A stretch of 64,000 nucleotides of DNA, taken from positions 2,647,356-2,711,355 of the forward strand of contig OY763072.1 of NCBI GenBank assembly GCA_963666865.1, given 5' to 3'. The DNA is from Dehalococcoidia bacterium (GTDB lineage Bacteria; Chloroflexota; Dehalococcoidia; Lucifugimonadales; UBA3495). Of this stretch, positions 38,731 to 47,285 are shown piece after piece; positions within the stretch are counted from its first letter, which is position 1; the number at the start of each line of letters is the position of its first letter. Position numbers and translations under genes: made by a program. The notes under the pieces were generated by a model. The model searched no databases and was not told the DNA's origin. It saw only the letters and a program-made list of their open reading frames with translations.

Positions 38731-39407
38731 GCAACTACGTAACCGGCCCGACCACTTTTGAGCAGATCCGCTGGTCAGCGACGACCTTCCGCCGCGAGAC
38801 CAGCGACGACGCAGACTACATCCCCCTGTACACGTCTGAATTTCGCCAGTCCCTCCTCGAAAAGCAGGGCGCCGACAGCGTGGAGCGGCTGCTGCGTTTC
38901 GTCAACAAGTGGGGTTTCCGAGTATCCTATGACAAAGCTCCCGGCATAGCATTGGCTATCGCCCAGGCTGCCCCGCATCTCAAGCCGTTATCTGGGTCCG
39001 CGCTGGAATTCGACGACCTGCGCTGCGCCACCCTGGACATCATCGAGCGAGCCTACGACAGCATCGCAGCGGCAGACGGCGTCGGGCCGTCATCAACATC
39101 GTTGACTCTGTCCCTGTTGAACCCGGCCCTCTTCGTGATGTGGAACACGCAGATACGCAACGCCTACTTCCCCAACGACCCGCCCAACGGCGCCACCTAC
39201 GCTCAGTTCCTCACCATAATGCGCATGGCCGCCCTGTCGATAACCGCCGACGCTCGTAGCCAGCACGGTATGGACGACCCTGCCGGCGTGCTGTCTGCTG
39301 ACTTGGGTATTGAACCGCCGTTCAGCCTCGCCAAGTTCATCGACGAATACAACTGGCTTACGCTGGAGCGGGGTATGGCCTGCCAAAGCGACGCGGTTGC
39401 GGTTTAG
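38727..39407 (+). CDS. hypothetical protein (stand-alone copy of the duplicated unknown domain)
   Basis: 226 aa. ATG overlaps the dapF stop (ATGA). Paralogous by eye to residues about 120-364 of 39776-40870. Confidence 0.6.
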   Translation: MSNYVTGPTTFEQIRWSATTFRRETSDDADYIPLYTSEFRQSLLEKQGADSVERLLRFVNKWGFRVSYDKAPGIALAIAQAAPHLKPLSGSALEFDDLRCATLDIIERAYDSIAAADGVGPSSTSLTLSLLNPALFVMWNTQIRNAYFPNDPPNGATYAQFLTIMRMAALSITADARSQHGMDDPAGVLSADLGIEPPFSLAKFIDEYNWLTLERGMACQSDAVAV

Positions 39408-39416
39408 GGATTCACA

Positions 39417-39779
39417 ATGCCTTGGGAGGTTGAATTCACTGATGAGTTCAACCAGTGATGGCATACCCTCACCTTGCCGGAACAGCGCGCCCTGGGTTCC
39501 CGAATCGGCCGGCTCAGGGTCTATGGCGTCGCGCTGTCGAGAAAATATTCAAAACGAGTTCGTGTCGGGAATGGGTTAGAGATGCACGAATTAAGGGCGC
39601 AATGCGAAGGGCGTCCGTTGCGCGCGCTCTACGCATTTGACCCGCGAATGGCGGCCATAGTCCTGCTAGGCGGCGACAAAACCGGAGACAGCGATTTTTA
39701 CCCTCGCAACATACCTAGGGCGTATGACCTCTATGACGCGCATATCGCACGTTTGGAAAGGGAGGGGTTAATCCAATGA
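39417..39779 (+). pseudogene. RelE/HigB (Gp49-like) toxin with in-frame TGA at codon 14
   Basis: MPWEVEFTDEFNQ-TGA-WHTLT...MHELRAQCEGRPLRALYAFDPRMAAIVLLGGDKTG. The TGA at 39456-39458 is in the same frame as ORF 39474-39779. Confidence 0.7.
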
Positions 39780-40870
39780 GCGGGCTGCATAAATTTGAAG
39801 AACTAACCGCCCACTTCACCCCGGAAGACTGGGAGCGCATGGCGGAGCTGGAGGCCGAGATCGACGCCACCATGCCTCCAGACGAATCCTGCGCCCTGAT
39901 GCCGCTGCGGATGATGCGGGAGCATGAGGACGCTCCCCTGTCCGAATATGCGGCGGAGCTACATACCGACGAGGCCGGCGTCCGCGCTTTTGAAGAATGC
40001 GATGACGCACCGGTGTCGCAAATCGCTGCATACATCAAGGCCATGGGCGGCCGCCTGAAAGTCGTCGCCGAGTTCCCCGGCGGCGATGAGGTCATCATCG
40101 CCAACTTCTACCGCAAACGGCGCTGGTCCATCCGTGCCAACGACCTCCTTTTCGGAGAATTGTACTTTGAGGTGGACACCGCCACCGGCCCCACAACCTA
40201 CCGCCAGATTGAATGGGCGGCGCAAGCCTACCGGCAGTACGGAGAGGGGCGCAAATACGATACTGCCTATGGCCAGATTTATACCGACGAGTTCCGCGAT
40301 GCCTTGCTCAACGGCGCCCCGGAATCTGCCATAAAGCGGCTGCTCAGCTTTCTAAATCAAATAAACGCCGATTTGCCTACCGAAACGCTGCTGCCCGTCC
40401 TGCTAACCTCGGTGCCGGATGCCGTCGCCACCCTGCGGCATCTGGCCTTCGCTACGCTGTATGATGTTGAGGGGGATGGCTTGAGCGATTGGGACAGTGC
40501 GTTGTCAACGCGGGCCGCTGATCGATTGACGGCGGACGACGGCATTGAATTTGCGCTGGCGTCGCAAATTCTCAGTGTCGTGAACCCGGCGCTGTTCCTA
40601 CCATGGGATTTGGCGACACACGAGCACTTTTTCCCCAAGAACGATCTAGATGACGGGTTCGCCGCCGTTCGCTACACCCGGTTCATCTGGAAAATGGCCG
40701 ATGCCGCCAGAGCCATCCGCAAGGATGCCCTCGCCAACCACGAAATTGAAGACCCAGCAGCTCAGCTGTCGGCAACGTTGGACATCACACCGCCCTACAC
40801 CCTGGCCAAGTTTATTGATGAGTACAATTTCCTCACCATCACTAAAGGTGAGATCCATCCCGGCCCCTAG
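39776..40870 (+). CDS. XRE-type antitoxin domain fused to the duplicated unknown domain
   Basis: N-terminal FEELTAHFTPED...LMPLRMMRE...VSQIAAYIKAMGGRLKVVAEFPGG is the typical HigA-like partner of Gp49-type toxins. The start overlaps the toxin stop (ATGA). The C-terminal 250 aa are paralogous to 38727. Confidence 0.65.
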   Translation: MSGLHKFEELTAHFTPEDWERMAELEAEIDATMPPDESCALMPLRMMREHEDAPLSEYAAELHTDEAGVRAFEECDDAPVSQIAAYIKAMGGRLKVVAEFPGGDEVIIANFYRKRRWSIRANDLLFGELYFEVDTATGPTTYRQIEWAAQAYRQYGEGRKYDTAYGQIYTDEFRDALLNGAPESAIKRLLSFLNQINADLPTETLLPVLLTSVPDAVATLRHLAFATLYDVEGDGLSDWDSALSTRAADRLTADDGIEFALASQILSVVNPALFLPWDLATHEHFFPKNDLDDGFAAVRYTRFIWKMADAARAIRKDALANHEIEDPAAQLSATLDITPPYTLAKFIDEYNFLTITKGEIHPGP

Positions 40871-40887
40871 CAGCCCCAGGAGCAAAA

Positions 40888-42066
40888 ATGCCCACCTTCT
40901 CCCAACGCCTCGGCAAACTCGCCCCCTACCCCTTCGTCGAAATCTCCCGCATCATCGCCGAAAAGCGTGCCGCCGGCGCCGACGTGGTCACCTTCGGCAT
41001 CGGCGACCCGGACATTCCCACGCCGCAGCCCATCATCGACCGTTTGCTCACGGCCTCCCAGGACCCGCCGAACCATCGCTACCCGGAGACCGATGGCCTG
41101 CCGGAGATGCGCCGCGCCATCGCCCAATGGTACAAGCAGCGCTTCGACGTTGACCTGGACCCGGACACCGAGGTGCTTCCCCTCATCGGCGCCAAAGAAG
41201 GCATCGGCCACGCCGCCTTCTGCTTCCTGGACCCCGGCGACATCGCCCTGGTCCCCGATCCTGCTTATCCGGTGTACGCCGTGGGCACCATGTTCGCCGG
41301 CGCCGAGAGCTACGTCATGCCCCTCTACCAGCGCAACGGCTGGCTCCCGGAGTACGACGCCATACCGGATGACGTGGCCCGCGCCGCCAAGGTAATGTGG
41401 CTCAACTACCCCAACAATCCCACCAGCGCCGTCGCGTCCCAGGAAGACCTGGAATCGGCCCTGCGTTACTGTCGGGAGCACGACATCGCCATGCTCCACG
41501 ACGCCGCCTACTCTGAAGTCGGCTACGATGGCTACCGCGCCGGCAGCATGATGCAACTTGATGGGGCCAAAGAGGTCGGCCTGGAGTTCCACTCCCTGTC
41601 CAAGACCTACAACATGACCGGATGGCGCATGGGCATGGCCGTGGGCAACGCCGACATGATCAAAGCGCTGTTCCAGATCAAGGCCAACCTGGACTCCGGC
41701 ATCCCGCAGGCGATCCAGGAAATGTCTATGGAGGCGCTGACCGGCCCACAGGACTGTATTGACCACAACGTCGCCATCTACCAGTGGCGCCGCGACCGGG
41801 TACTCCAGGCATTGACCCGCATGGGCCTGAACGTGGAAACGCCCCGCGCCAGTCTGTACATCTGGGCGCCCGTTCCCGAAGGTTTCACCTCCGCCGATTT
41901 CGCCGCCCGCCTGCTGGAAGAGATCGACATCGTGGTCACCCCCGGTTCCTCCTACGGCCAGTATGGCGAAGGCTACATCCGCCTGTCCCTAACCACTCCC
42001 GACGAGCGGGTGGAGACAGGTTGTCAGCGCCTGGAAAACTGGACCATCCCCGCGCCGCGCGCCTAG
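40888..42066 (+). CDS. dapL: LL-diaminopimelate aminotransferase
   Basis: LAPYPFVEISRIIAEKRAAGADVVTFGIGDPDIPTP...NHRYPETDGL...LIGAKEGIGH...SLSKTYNMTGWR. Confidence 0.85.
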   Translation: MPTFSQRLGKLAPYPFVEISRIIAEKRAAGADVVTFGIGDPDIPTPQPIIDRLLTASQDPPNHRYPETDGLPEMRRAIAQWYKQRFDVDLDPDTEVLPLIGAKEGIGHAAFCFLDPGDIALVPDPAYPVYAVGTMFAGAESYVMPLYQRNGWLPEYDAIPDDVARAAKVMWLNYPNNPTSAVASQEDLESALRYCREHDIAMLHDAAYSEVGYDGYRAGSMMQLDGAKEVGLEFHSLSKTYNMTGWRMGMAVGNADMIKALFQIKANLDSGIPQAIQEMSMEALTGPQDCIDHNVAIYQWRRDRVLQALTRMGLNVETPRASLYIWAPVPEGFTSADFAARLLEEIDIVVTPGSSYGQYGEGYIRLSLTTPDERVETGCQRLENWTIPAPRA

Positions 42067-42098
42067 ACCCGGATTCGCTGGAGACGATAGCAGGCCGT

Positions 42099-43292
42099 AT
42101 GCCCAAATCCCGACAACCCAAACCCACCGGCCCGCAAACCGAGCGGGCCGTCTTGGTGGCCGTCGAAGAGAAAAAGCGTGGCGAACAGCTCTGGGGGCTG
42201 CAAGATACGCTGGTCGAACTGGACTATCTGACCCGCTCTGCCGGCGCCGAGGTCGTCGCCACCGTCTCCCAGCGCGCCGACCGTCTCACCCCCACCTACG
42301 TTGGGAAGGGCAAGCTCCAGGAGTTGCAGGACGTTCTCGCCGAAGAACGCCCCGACGTGGTGATATGCGACGACGAGTTGACGCCTACCCAGCAGCGTAA
42401 TCTCGAGGCCGCCCTGCAGATCAAAGTTATCGACCGCACCGCCCTCATTCTTGACGTGTTCGGCCGCCACGCCCGCACCCGCGAAGGCCAGATGCAGGTC
42501 GAACTGGCCCAGCACCAGTACCTGCTGCCCCGTCTCATCGGACAATGGTCTCACCTGGAGCGTCTTGGCGGCGGCATCGGCACCCGTGGCCCCGGTGAAA
42601 CCCAACTTGAAACCGACCGGCGCATCATCCGGCGGCGCATCCAGAAAATCGAGTCGGAGTTGGATAACGTCCGCCAGCGGCGCAGCCAGTACCTCGAACG
42701 CCGCCGTCGATCAGCCACTCCCATGGCCACGTTGGTCGGTTACACCAACGCCGGCAAAAGCACCCTGTTCAACGCCCTGTGCAACGCCGGCGTTCCCGCC
42801 GAAGACCAATTGTTCAACACCCTCGACCCGGTAACCCGTCGTCTTCACCTGCCCGACGGCGGCGAACTTTTGCTCAGCGACACGGTGGGCTTTATCCAGA
42901 AACTCTCTCCCACCGTAGTCGCCGCCTTTCGCGCCACGCTGGCCGAACTGAGCGAAGCCGACCTGCTGCTCCACGTCATCGACATAACCCACCCCAAAGC
43001 CCCGGAGCAGGCCGAGGTGGTGGAGCAAACCCTCAATGACCTGGAACTGGGCGGCAAACCCCGCCTGCTGGTCATCAACAAGATGGACCTGCTCACCGAC
43101 GACCCGGCCGACGTTGAAACCTTTGATCAAATCGACCTGTCCGTCATCGCCGCTGCTGATTCGCCCGCAGTGGGCGGCCGTGTCTTCGTGTCCGCCGCCA
43201 AGGGCTGGAACCTGCCGGCGCTCCTGAAAGCCATCAGACGTCAAGTTGGAGATACCGTACCCCAATGGCAAACCGCCGTAGAATCCGCCTGA
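42099..43292 (+). CDS. hflX: GTPase HflX
   Basis: VGKGKLQEL...LVGYTNAGKSTLFNAL...SDTVGFI...VINKMD. Start ATG 42099. Confidence 0.88.
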   Translation: MPKSRQPKPTGPQTERAVLVAVEEKKRGEQLWGLQDTLVELDYLTRSAGAEVVATVSQRADRLTPTYVGKGKLQELQDVLAEERPDVVICDDELTPTQQRNLEAALQIKVIDRTALILDVFGRHARTREGQMQVELAQHQYLLPRLIGQWSHLERLGGGIGTRGPGETQLETDRRIIRRRIQKIESELDNVRQRRSQYLERRRRSATPMATLVGYTNAGKSTLFNALCNAGVPAEDQLFNTLDPVTRRLHLPDGGELLLSDTVGFIQKLSPTVVAAFRATLAELSEADLLLHVIDITHPKAPEQAEVVEQTLNDLELGGKPRLLVINKMDLLTDDPADVETFDQIDLSVIAAADSPAVGGRVFVSAAKGWNLPALLKAIRRQVGDTVPQWQTAVESA

Positions 43293-43999
43293 TCCACACC
43301 TCGGACACCCACCTGGGCGACGACTGGGATCCCGACGCTGCGCAACGCGCCCTGTCCGCCGTGGTTGACAGTGTCCACCTGTTCCACGCCGACGCCTTGC
43401 TAATTGCCGGAGATGTCTTCGACAACGCCCGTATCTCCGACGCCGTGCTGGAGTTCTTCATCGCAGAGATGACCCGCGCCCAAGTGCCAGCCGTCATCCT
43501 CCCCGGCAACCACGACCTCTACGATGCCGCCAGCCTGTACCGGCGAGCGCCCTTCGAGGCTGCGACGGAAAACCTGCACATCATCACCGGCACCCGCGGC
43601 GAAACCCTGTCCTTCCCGCACCTGACCCTGGACATCTGGGGCCGCGCCATGGACAGCCACACCCCGGCTTTCCGCCCGCTGGCCGGCATCCCCACCGACC
43701 GCAACGGACATTGGCGCGTCGCCATCGCCCACGGCCACTTCCACTATCCCGACGACACGGAAGAGCGCTCGTCGCCGATCCGTCCACATGAGATCGCTGA
43801 CTCGGCTTGCGACTACATCGCCCTGGGCCACTGGGAACGATTCGAGGATGTGAGCCAAGCCGGGGTAACGGCATTTTACTCCGGTTCGCCGATGGGAGCG
43901 TCGAGCGCGAGGGGCAAGATAGCGGTGAACGTGGTGGATTTGGACCCGGTTAGTGTAAACCCGGTGAACGTCGAGCAGTCTAAACTGGCTCTGCTATGA
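43265..43999 (+). CDS. metallophosphoesterase (SbcD/Mre11-like N-terminal domain)
   Basis: IRLIHTSDTHLGDD...LLIAGDVFD...ILPGNHD...AIAHGH. Confidence 0.75.
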   Translation: MANRRRIRLIHTSDTHLGDDWDPDAAQRALSAVVDSVHLFHADALLIAGDVFDNARISDAVLEFFIAEMTRAQVPAVILPGNHDLYDAASLYRRAPFEAATENLHIITGTRGETLSFPHLTLDIWGRAMDSHTPAFRPLAGIPTDRNGHWRVAIAHGHFHYPDDTEERSSPIRPHEIADSACDYIALGHWERFEDVSQAGVTAFYSGSPMGASSARGKIAVNVVDLDPVSVNPVNVEQSKLALL

Positions 44000-44033
44000 T
44001 GGTTTTGACGGAATCAATCCAAGGAGTCGCCCC

Positions 44034-44420
44034 ATGACCACTATTGAGACCCCCGGGCTGAAAGCCAGTCGACAAATCGCTAGCTTGCGCTACTTGTCCG
44101 ACGGCTGGCGTAACGGCGAAGGGGTAGCCTTTGACGTTGATTACCTGAACTGGCTGTCGGAAGCTTTCCGACAGATGTACCCGGTTCACGCCCCGGAGCC
44201 AATTATATGCCCGACTACCTACGGCTTCGTTTCCGTCGAATGGTCATTTCCCGACGCTGAAATCAGCTTGGAGATTGCCCCCGAAACCCGCCGGGGAGAA
44301 CTGGTGTGGGCCGATACGCGCACCCAAAACTCCGGTGAAGTCTTCCTGGACATGGCAGAAGCCGACGGATGGACTCGGCTGGCGAACTATCTTGCGAAAG
44401 TCGCCGGAGCCAGCGAATGA
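44034..44420 (+). CDS. hypothetical protein (cassette gene a, copy 2)
   Basis: 128 aa. Related by eye to 26306-26731. Confidence 0.6.
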   Translation: MTTIETPGLKASRQIASLRYLSDGWRNGEGVAFDVDYLNWLSEAFRQMYPVHAPEPIICPTTYGFVSVEWSFPDAEISLEIAPETRRGELVWADTRTQNSGEVFLDMAEADGWTRLANYLAKVAGASE

Positions 44421-44791
44421 CTGGACCGCATCTTTACTATGTGATGATTTACCCCAACCCTGACTCGCCCGATACAGCGACTTCCGCCGATTTCAACCCC
44501 TTCCGACGCAGAGACCCCAACCTTTCCGCTTACGACAGTCGCCTTATCTCAGCGGAGGCTGCCTACCTGCATTTCGTGGGTCAGGGCAACGAAGCCAGCG
44601 GCGTTATGGCGGTCACAGCGGAGGAATGCGAAAACTTGGGCCTTACTATCGTACCGGACCCGTTACCCACAAACGTGGCCCACGCCCTGATTAGATTCGA
44701 CGCCATCCCAGAACGCAGAAACCCATTCCGTGCGGTAGCCTTGCAGCTCAAAGAATTCGCCAACCGACGCGGCTGGATTTACAAACCCTGA
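44417..44791 (+). CDS. hypothetical protein (cassette gene b, copy 2)
   Basis: 124 aa from ATG 44417, overlapping the gene a stop (ATGA). Related by eye to 26695-27117. Confidence 0.6.
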   Translation: MTGPHLYYVMIYPNPDSPDTATSADFNPFRRRDPNLSAYDSRLISAEAAYLHFVGQGNEASGVMAVTAEECENLGLTIVPDPLPTNVAHALIRFDAIPERRNPFRAVALQLKEFANRRGWIYKP

Positions 44792-44837
44792 CCGCTCGCC
44801 AAGTCTCAACCCCTAGCGCCTTTAGTCGGGAGCAACA

Positions 44838-45479
44838 ATGCTCGATATTGACGATTTGATGTCCGGTCTGTCCAGACGACGCCCCCTTTTCCATTCCGAG
44901 GCTGACTTCCAGCACGAACTGGCATGGGAAATTCGTGCCACCATAGATGGTTGCCCGGCTCGTCTTGAATTTCCGCCATTCCCAGATAACGACAAGCGGA
45001 TGGCATTGGACATCTGGTTGCCAAGCGTTGGAACGGCAATCGAACTGAAATATTGCACACGTAAATTTGAGCGGTCCGTTTTGGGAGGGCGTTTTTCGCT
45101 TGCGAATCAACTCGCACGCGACATCAAGCGCTACGATTTCCTAAACGACATTCAACGTATAGAACGGGTCGTTATGGATTATGAGACTGCGAATTGTGGC
45201 CTTGCGGTTTTGCTTACAAACGACCCATTGTTTTGGGAGCAACAATCTCGGGCTGATGTCGTGGACGCTGAATTTCACATACCTGACGGTCAGCGAATCG
45301 GGCTTAATGAGATGAGCTGGGGCGACAATGCCAGCGATGGCACAAAGCGGTCGCGCGAGAAACCGATCACGTTGTCCCATTCTTATGTCTTAAAATGGCA
45401 TGACTACTCGGCATTGGGCGATAAACGCGGCGAAAGGTTCCGGTACCTCGCCGTTGCTGTACCTCCCGCAAAGGAGTGA
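44838..45479 (+). CDS. PD-(D/E)xK nuclease-like protein
   Basis: 213 aa, AT-richer. SEADFQHELAWEI ... MALDIWLPSVGTAIELKY gives an E / D / ExK arrangement. Confidence 0.55.
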   Translation: MLDIDDLMSGLSRRRPLFHSEADFQHELAWEIRATIDGCPARLEFPPFPDNDKRMALDIWLPSVGTAIELKYCTRKFERSVLGGRFSLANQLARDIKRYDFLNDIQRIERVVMDYETANCGLAVLLTNDPLFWEQQSRADVVDAEFHIPDGQRIGLNEMSWGDNASDGTKRSREKPITLSHSYVLKWHDYSALGDKRGERFRYLAVAVPPAKE

Positions 45480-45484
45480 CCAAA

Positions 45485-46357
45485 ATGAAAACCATCTCCC
45501 GCGAACACCGCATCTACCTCCTCCACCCCGAAAACGAACCCGCCGTTACCATTGACGATGGCGACGACCTCATAGTCGAAACCTGGGACGCCTTTGAGGG
45601 CATCCGCGAGCCGGGCGTATTGCAGGAAAAATCCCTCAAGGGTCCGGCCACCGGCCCCATCTATGTCAATGGCGCGGAGCCTGGTGATGTCCTACGCATC
45701 GAATTCGTCAGCATCACCCCCAAGGAAAACCCGGCTCACATGGTGATGCCCGGCCGGGGCTTTCTGGAAGCCGAGTTCACCGAGGGCTATCCCACCGTAA
45801 TGAGCATCGACGGCGCCGATCTGGTGCTGCCCAGCGGCGTCCGCTTGCCCCTGAACCCGTCCCTGGGCCTCGTTGCCACTACGCCCACCTATCCGCAGGA
45901 AACCGCCAGCGACAGCGGCCCCTACGGTGGCGACATCGACATGAAGGAACTGGTGGAAGGCAGCGTCCTCTATTTGCCCGTGTTCGTGCCCGGAGCCCTG
46001 CTGGCCATGGGCGACTGCCACGCCGTGGTCGGTGACGGCGCGGTGGCCGGCACCGGCGCCGAATGCTCCGCCGACACCCACGTCCGCGTCACGGTGGAGA
46101 AGGGCATGAATATCTCCGGGCCCCGCGCTATCACGCCGGAGCACTACGTCGTCCTGTCCCACGGCGAAGACCTCGGCCCGGCCATGAAGCAGGCCGTCCG
46201 CGAAATGGTGGACTTCCTGATTGATGAGAAGAGCATGGCTCCATACGACGCCTACACCTTGTGCAGCCTGGCCGGCGACGTCCGCGTCTCCCGCACCTTC
46301 CGCCCCATCAGCCCGGTCAAGATGATGCTCTCCCGGCAGGCGTTGGAGCAGCTGTAA
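45485..46357 (+). CDS. acetamidase/formamidase family protein
   Basis: GDDLIVETWDAF...GPATGPIYVNGAEPGD...GGDIDMKEL...AMGDCHAVVGDG. AAGGAG lies before ATG 45485. Confidence 0.8.
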   Translation: MKTISREHRIYLLHPENEPAVTIDDGDDLIVETWDAFEGIREPGVLQEKSLKGPATGPIYVNGAEPGDVLRIEFVSITPKENPAHMVMPGRGFLEAEFTEGYPTVMSIDGADLVLPSGVRLPLNPSLGLVATTPTYPQETASDSGPYGGDIDMKELVEGSVLYLPVFVPGALLAMGDCHAVVGDGAVAGTGAECSADTHVRVTVEKGMNISGPRAITPEHYVVLSHGEDLGPAMKQAVREMVDFLIDEKSMAPYDAYTLCSLAGDVRVSRTFRPISPVKMMLSRQALEQL

Positions 46358-46365
46358 CCCGTAAC

Positions 46366-46393
46366 GTAGGGGCGAATAATTATTCGCCCCTAC
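46366..46393. repeat. palindromic element GTAGGGGCGAAT-AATT-ATTCGCCCCTAC
   Basis: Second copy of the 13686 palindrome, again between convergent genes. Confidence 0.7.
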
Positions 46394-46403
46394 ACCGCAT
46401 GAT

Positions 46404-47192
46404 TCACGCCACCGAATAACCGCCGTCCACCGCAATCACCGCCCCGGTCACGTAGTCCGACGCGCGACTGGCCAGGAACACCGCTGCACCCTGCAACTCC
46501 TCGGCATCACCCCACCGTCCCATGGGGATGCGTCGGTTGATCAGGTCGTACCGTTCCGGCTGGGTTTCGGGTATCGCTTGGGTCAGTTCAGTCATGAACC
46601 AGCCCGGTAGAATGGCGTTGGACTGGATGTTGTCCCCCGCCCAGGCCACAGCGAAGCTCTTGGCCAGCTGCACGATGCCGCCCTTGCTGGACGAATAGGG
46701 CACCCCGCTGCCTCCGCCGCCGAAGATGCTGAACATACTGCCGATGCTGATGATCTTGCCGCCGCCCTGGGATTTGAAGTGCGGATAGACCGCCCGGCAC
46801 GATAGGAAAGCGGCCCGCAGGTTCACGTCCAGCACGTTGTCCCACTCGGCGGCGGTGATGTCCTCGGGCGCTTTGCGCACGGTTGCGCCAGCGTTGTTGA
46901 CGAGAATGTCCACGTGGCCAAAATACCCCAACGCTCTGGATACCATATCGTCAATATCCGAGTCGCTGGTGACGTCCGTTGGGATGGCAAAGGCCCGCCG
47001 TCCGGTGGCTTCGATGGCGGCAACAGCGGCAGTATTTTTCTCCGGATTGCGAGCCGCAACGGCGATGTCCGCCCCGGCGTTAGCCAGCCCCAGAGCCATC
47101 CCCAAACCCAACCCGCCGTTGCCACCGGTTATCAGGGCCACCCGTCCGCTGAGGTCAAATAGATTGCCGTTGCTGGTAGTCATCGTGGTCAT
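46404..47192 (-). CDS. SDR-family oxidoreductase
   Basis: GRVALITGGNGGLGLG...NNAG...YSSSKGG. Start probably ATG 47192; the longest ORF begins at 47216. Confidence 0.8.
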   Translation of the reverse strand: MTTMTTSNGNLFDLSGRVALITGGNGGLGLGMALGLANAGADIAVAARNPEKNTAAVAAIEATGRRAFAIPTDVTSDSDIDDMVSRALGYFGHVDILVNNAGATVRKAPEDITAAEWDNVLDVNLRAAFLSCRAVYPHFKSQGGGKIISIGSMFSIFGGGGSGVPYSSSKGGIVQLAKSFAVAWAGDNIQSNAILPGWFMTELTQAIPETQPERYDLINRRIPMGRWGDAEELQGAAVFLASRASDYVTGAVIAVDGGYSVA

Positions 47193-47235
47193 CCCCCGTC
47201 TCGAATTCTCGGCCAATGTATCACATCAATAAGTG

Positions 47236-47258
47236 GGGGCGGGTTTCAAACCCGCCCC
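47236..47258 (-). terminator. GC-rich hairpin GGGGCGGGTT..AACCCGCCCC downstream of hppA
   Basis: Perfect inverted repeat 28 nt after the hppA stop. Confidence 0.5.
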
Positions 47259-47285
47259 TACCGAATCTCAGCGGCGTACCGCCCT

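Noticed and set aside
39456-39458. In-frame TGA considered as evidence for a TGA=Trp (code 4) or TGA=Gly (code 25) genetic code
   Set aside because: Well-supported genes in the window terminate at TGA at the expected protein ends (for example dapF at 38728-38730 and apgM at 31377-31379). TGA is therefore a stop codon here, and a point mutation is the simpler explanation.
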